From contig CBDAOI010000002.1 of assembly GCA_965198005.1 (NCBI GenBank), forward strand, positions 768,001-832,000: a stretch of DNA of 64,000 nt. Direction: 5' to 3'. Position numbers and translations under genes: made by a program. Below the pieces are notes generated by a model. That model had not been told where the DNA came from. It ran no database searches and was given only the letters and a program-made list of their open reading frames with translations. Origin of the DNA: Spirochaetia bacterium (lineage in GTDB: Bacteria; Spirochaetota; Spirochaetia; SZUA-6; Bin103). Shown in pieces: positions 60,087 through 64,000 of the stretch (positions are counted from its first letter, which is position 1; each line of letters opens with the position of its first letter).

Positions 60087-60941
60087 TCAGCCCTTGATCG
60101 CGCCCATGGTCATGCCCTTGATGAAGAAGCGCTGGAACAACAGGAACACCAGCAGGGTCGGCAGGCTGGCGAGCAGCGACAGGGCGCCCTGCACGCCCCA
60201 GGCCACGGTGTACTGGCCGCGCAGCGAGACGATGCCCAGCATGATGGTGCGCTTGTCGTCGCTCTGGGTGAAGATCAGCGGCCACAGGAAGTCGTTCCAG
60301 ATCCAGGTGAACTGCAGGGTCGCCAGCACCGCCAGCGCCGGCAGGCTGATCGGCAGCGCTACCCGGGTCAGCACCTGCCACTCGCTGGCGCCTTCGACGA
60401 TGGCGGCTTCGCGCAGCGCGTTGGGGACGGTGGCGAAGAAGTTGCGCATCAGCAGGGTGCAGATCGGGATGCCCATGGCGACGTGCACGATGATCATCGG
60501 CCACAGGGTGTCGAGCAGGCCGAGCCGGTTGAACAGCCGGAACAGCGGAATGAGCACGATCTGCGGCGGAAAGAACATCCCCGACACGATTACCAGAAAC
60601 AGCAGCTCGCTGGCCCGGAACGGCAGCTTGGAGAACACGTAGCCGGCCAGAATGCCGAGCGCGATCGACCCCACGGTGGCCGGCGCGGTGACCAGCCAGG
60701 TGTTGATGAAGTAGCTCGCGACCGAGGGATGGCCGAGCGCGACCGCGAAGTTGCTCAGATCGAGGGTCCGCGGAATCGCCCACAGCGTGCCGAAGGCGAT
60801 GTCGCGGGTGCTCTTGAGCGCGCTCAGGATCACGCCCACGGTCGGCGCGAGGAACAGCAGGGCGAGCACCACGAGACCGGCGAACAGCACCCCGATCCAC
60901 GGCAGCCGGCGCGGGCCGGCGCCGGCGGGCGCGTCAGTCAT
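60087..60941 (-). CDS. Carbohydrate ABC transporter permease (MalG-like)
   Basis: LREAAIVEGA, WIWNDFLWPLI, QRFFIKG...GAIKG. Confidence 0.93.
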   Translation of the reverse strand: MTDAPAGAGPRRLPWIGVLFAGLVVLALLFLAPTVGVILSALKSTRDIAFGTLWAIPRTLDLSNFAVALGHPSVASYFINTWLVTAPATVGSIALGILAGYVFSKLPFRASELLFLVIVSGMFFPPQIVLIPLFRLFNRLGLLDTLWPMIIVHVAMGIPICTLLMRNFFATVPNALREAAIVEGASEWQVLTRVALPISLPALAVLATLQFTWIWNDFLWPLIFTQSDDKRTIMLGIVSLRGQYTVAWGVQGALSLLASLPTLLVFLLFQRFFIKGMTMGAIKG

Positions 60942-61815
60942 ACAGCTCGTCCAGCTTCTTGAGCTGGCGGAAGTAGACCGTGATCACGCTCAACGTCATC
61001 AGGAACAGGATCACCGAGATCGAGCTGCCGTACCCCATCCGGTACTTCTTGAACGACTCGCTGTACATGTACATCGCCAGCGTGTCGGAGGAGTGGAACG
61101 GGCCGCCGCCGGTCATGATGAACAGGATGTCGAACGCCTTCAGCGAGTTGATCACGCTCAGCGCCACCGCCACCACCGTGGCCGGACGCAGCAGCGCCAG
61201 CACCACGTACCGGATGCGCTGGCCGCGGCTGGCGCCTTCGATCTCGGCCGCCTCGAGCAGGTCGGCCGGAATCGAGGTCAGGCCGGCGAGAAAGATCACC
61301 ATCGCCAGCCCCATCTGCTGCCACGACCAGGCGACGATCACCGAGTAGAGCGCGGACTGCGGCTCGGCCAGCCAGGCGTAGTTGGGAACCGTGCCGGTGA
61401 CGGCGCCGATGGCGGTGTTGAGCAGGCCCCAGTCGGGCCGGTAGATCCAGATCCAGATCTGCCCCACCACCACCGACGCCAGACAGGTCGGCAGGTAGAA
61501 GATCGACTTGAACGCGTTCGTGCCGCGCACCCGGGTGTCGAGCATCAGCGCCAGCGTCAGCCCGCCGGCGGTCGGCAGGACGAGCGCCAGCGCGGTCCAG
61601 ATCAGGGTGTTCAGGGTGGCGTTGGTGAACAGCCGGTCGGAAACCACCCCGGCGAAGTTGTCGAGCCCCACGAACTGGAAGTCGCGGCTGAAGCCGCTCC
61701 AGTCCGTGAAGCTATAGTAGAAGGAATTGAGCAGCGGCCAGACGACGAAGACGCCGAATACCGACAACGGCAGGAACAGCAGCGCGATCCGCCAGAAGGT
61801 CTCCTGTCGCTTCAT
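60934..61815 (-). CDS. Carbohydrate ABC transporter permease (MalF-like)
   Basis: SFTDWSG, FVGLDNF, LLEAAEIEGA, MTGGGP, GYGSSISV. Confidence 0.93.
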   Translation of the reverse strand: MKRQETFWRIALLFLPLSVFGVFVVWPLLNSFYYSFTDWSGFSRDFQFVGLDNFAGVVSDRLFTNATLNTLIWTALALVLPTAGGLTLALMLDTRVRGTNAFKSIFYLPTCLASVVVGQIWIWIYRPDWGLLNTAIGAVTGTVPNYAWLAEPQSALYSVIVAWSWQQMGLAMVIFLAGLTSIPADLLEAAEIEGASRGQRIRYVVLALLRPATVVAVALSVINSLKAFDILFIMTGGGPFHSSDTLAMYMYSESFKKYRMGYGSSISVILFLMTLSVITVYFRQLKKLDELYD

Positions 61816-61843
61816 CGTCCGGCCGGCCGCGGGGGGCGTGGCT

Positions 61844-63121
61844 CTAGCTGTCGAACACGCCCCTGACACCCTCTTCGGTGTCGGCGAGGTGCTGCATGTA
61901 CGCGGCGGGGTCGTCCATGAACCGCGCGAACAGGTCGAGGCCGTACTCGGCCGCCGGCGGCGTGGTCGCCAGGTCGTAGTTGAACGCGAAGGTGTCGGCG
62001 TTGCCCACCACCTCCAGCGCCCGCATCATCACCGAGGTGTAGATGCTGTCATCCACGTTGACGTTGGGGGACAGCGCGCCCTGGATCTGCGCCCACTTGG
62101 CCTGCGAGGCCGGGTCGCTGGCCAGGAACGCGACCAGCGCTTCGGCGTTGGCGCGGTTCTCGGTGTTGGCCGAGATCAGCCACCCGTCGACCGGCCCGAC
62201 CGCGGCGTTCGGCACGCCGGCGTCGATCGTCGGGAACTCGAAGAAGTCGTAGTCGTCGCCCGCCATCAGGCCGTTGCCATTCCAGTAGCCGGTGATCCAG
62301 GTGCCCATCAGCGTCATCGCCGCATCGCCGCGCGCCACCTTGTCGGAGGCGTCGGTCCAGTCGTCGGCGTTGGCGTTGGGCGCGAAGTAGCCGGCGTCGA
62401 CCAGGCCCTTCCACAGCTCCATCGCGCGCTGCACCTCGGCGTCGGTGTAGGAGGCGTCGCCCGCCATCAGGCTGGCGCGGTACTCAGGGCCGGCGGTGCG
62501 CAGCAGCAGGTAGTCGAACCAGAACTGCGCGGGCCAGCGGTTCATCGAGCCCAGTGCGATCGGGGTGATGCCCTGCGCCTTGAGGTGCTCGCACAGCGCC
62601 AGGAACCCGTCCCAGTCGGTCGGGAACTCGGTGACGCCGGCGTCCGCCATCACCTTGGCGTTGTAGAACATGCCGGCGTAGTGGTAGCCGAACGGCACCA
62701 GGTAGCGGCTGCCGTCGTACATGGTGGCGCCGTCCGCCACCGACTTGGCCACCACCGCGTCCAGGCCGTGCTCGGCCCACATGCCGTCGATGGCGCCGAG
62801 GTTGCCGGCGTCGACCACGAACTGAGTGCGGGCTCCGGCCCAGTAGCTGAACACGTCGGGCATGTTGCCGCCGGCGGCGCGCACCAGGATGCCGGTCTTG
62901 AAGTCCTCGTGGCCGATCGGGCTGTCGACCACCGTGATCCCGGTCTGCTCGTTGAAGCTGCCGAAGATCTCCTCCAGGCCGGCGCGACCGAGGTCACCGC
63001 CGAAGTAGTGGGTGATGGTGACTTCCTGGGTCTCCGGGTCGCCCTCGGTCCAGCCGACGGTCGCCACCAGCACCAGCGCGCAGGCCAGTGCTGCGCCACA
63101 CAGAAGTTTGGTTGTCCGCAT
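61844..63121 (-). CDS. Carbohydrate ABC transporter substrate-binding protein (family 1)
   Basis: Signal peptide; PDVFSYWAG, FYN, PTDWD.F, AAM..MG.W, FF.FP. SD AAGGAGG. Confidence 0.92.
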   Translation of the reverse strand: MRTTKLLCGAALACALVLVATVGWTEGDPETQEVTITHYFGGDLGRAGLEEIFGSFNEQTGITVVDSPIGHEDFKTGILVRAAGGNMPDVFSYWAGARTQFVVDAGNLGAIDGMWAEHGLDAVVAKSVADGATMYDGSRYLVPFGYHYAGMFYNAKVMADAGVTEFPTDWDGFLALCEHLKAQGITPIALGSMNRWPAQFWFDYLLLRTAGPEYRASLMAGDASYTDAEVQRAMELWKGLVDAGYFAPNANADDWTDASDKVARGDAAMTLMGTWITGYWNGNGLMAGDDYDFFEFPTIDAGVPNAAVGPVDGWLISANTENRANAEALVAFLASDPASQAKWAQIQGALSPNVNVDDSIYTSVMMRALEVVGNADTFAFNYDLATTPPAAEYGLDLFARFMDDPAAYMQHLADTEEGVRGVFDS

Positions 63122-63283
63122 TGTGCGTCCTCCTTGCTCTTTGTCATCGTCGCCTGCGTTACACTACAGGCGGATGCTCTGTCTACAATATGTTAGCGCA
63201 GTTTGCCAAGTGCCGGTCGGACGACCTGGACGGCGCCGGGGACGACCCGCACGAGGCGGGCGCGCGGAGCCGGAGTAGCGCCG

Positions 63284-64000
63284 GTGTCGAGACGCACCCT
63301 GGACCGGATCCGCGTGGGCTTCATCGGCACCGGCCGCATCTCCGACCTGCATGCCATCGAGTACCGCGCCAACCCGCATGCCGAGATCGTCGCGCTGTGC
63401 GACCGTGACCCTGCCCTGGCCGCGGCGCGCGCCCGCGCCTGGGGGCTCGACCGGCCGGCGATCTGCACCGACTACCGCGAGTTGCTGGCGCTGGAAGCGG
63501 TCGACCTGGTCGAAATCCTGCTGCCCCACCACCTGCACCTGGAGGTGGGCCTGGCCGCGGTCGCGGCCGGCAAGGCGGTCTCGCTGCAGAAGCCGCTGGC
63601 CCTGAACCTGGCCGACGCCGACCGGCTGATCGCCGCCGCCGACCGGGCCGGGGTGCCGTTCCGGGTGTTCGAGAACTTCATCTTCTACCCGCCCGTGGTC
63701 AAGGCCAAGGAGCTGGTGGACGCCGGCGCCATCGGCGAGCCGCTGACCATCCGCATCAAGAGCAACCCCGGCAGCCGCAGGTTCGCCTGGGAGGTGCCGG
63801 CCGCGGCGCAGGCGTGGCGCCAGGACCGCGCCCAGGCGGGCGGCGGCCCGCTGGCGTTCGACGACGGCCACCACAAGTTCGCCCTGGCCTGGCACTTCAT
63901 GGGACCGGCCGAGGAGGTGCACGCCTGGATCGGCCGCACCGTGGCCGAGGACGGCTTCGTGTTCGATGCCCCGGCGCTGATCTCGTTCCGCTTTCCGCGC
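63284..64000 (+). CDS. Gfo/Idh/MocA oxidoreductase (runs off window)
   Basis: Read by hand: MSRRTLDRIRVGFIGTGRIS.LH...VDLVEILLPHHLH...GKAVSLQKPLA...GGGPLAFDDGHH. No stop before the window end. Confidence 0.9.
   Translation, partial: MSRRTLDRIRVGFIGTGRISDLHAIEYRANPHAEIVALCDRDPALAAARARAWGLDRPAICTDYRELLALEAVDLVEILLPHHLHLEVGLAAVAAGKAVSLQKPLALNLADADRLIAAADRAGVPFRVFENFIFYPPVVKAKELVDAGAIGEPLTIRIKSNPGSRRFAWEVPAAAQAWRQDRAQAGGGPLAFDDGHHKFALAWHFMGPAEEVHAWIGRTVAEDGFVFDAPALISFRFPR

Noticed and set aside
63186..63205. LacI-type operator (TGTTAGCGC) between the SBP and the oxidoreductase
   Set aside because: Only one half-site fits, there is no dyad symmetry, and no LacI gene is in the window.

Overview
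A GC-rich bacterial accessory region with no rRNA, tRNA or CRISPR array that I could see. The signal-peptide style (WAGGG..E, AAGGGAE), the expanded family-5 peptide ABC operons and two PhyH dioxygenases suggest a host-associated (possibly sponge-symbiont) Spirochaetota-like genome; this taxonomy is inference only. The left 6 kb is a three-level IS nest. An ISNCY-type element is interrupted inside its ORF by a 2.7-kb IS (13-bp IRs, 5-bp TSD, 51-bp VNTR with a frameshifting 8-bp duplication) and upstream of its ORF by an IS1182 element (12-bp IRs, CTAG TSD). Next is an intact, lower-GC dppA/B/C-like operon with a structured uORF-bearing leader and a 25-bp fused-IS-ends scar at the dppA stop. 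The rest alternates intact genes with junction zones. The intact genes include metF, an ABC exporter, PhyH x2, an orphan MTase, Fic, DUF4143 ATPases x2, MmgE/PrpD, a LarA-like protein, M20 and M3 peptidases, polB, MCC alpha/beta, a CoA-transferase, a MaoC-like protein, iolD and a sugar ABC operon. The junction zones are stitched together from short shards of multicopy genes (at least 9 dpp shards, plus TA, AAA, HNH, glucokinase and sulfatase pieces), often fused in frame. The best leads are: this shard patchwork and its possible link to a PolB with an altered ExoII motif; a 496-aa protein with an apparently new wHTH/RNase H-like/WYL-like architecture; conserved leader motifs upstream of the peptide SBP genes; palindromic operators at the Fic and DUF4143 genes; and a strong leaderless-mRNA signature.
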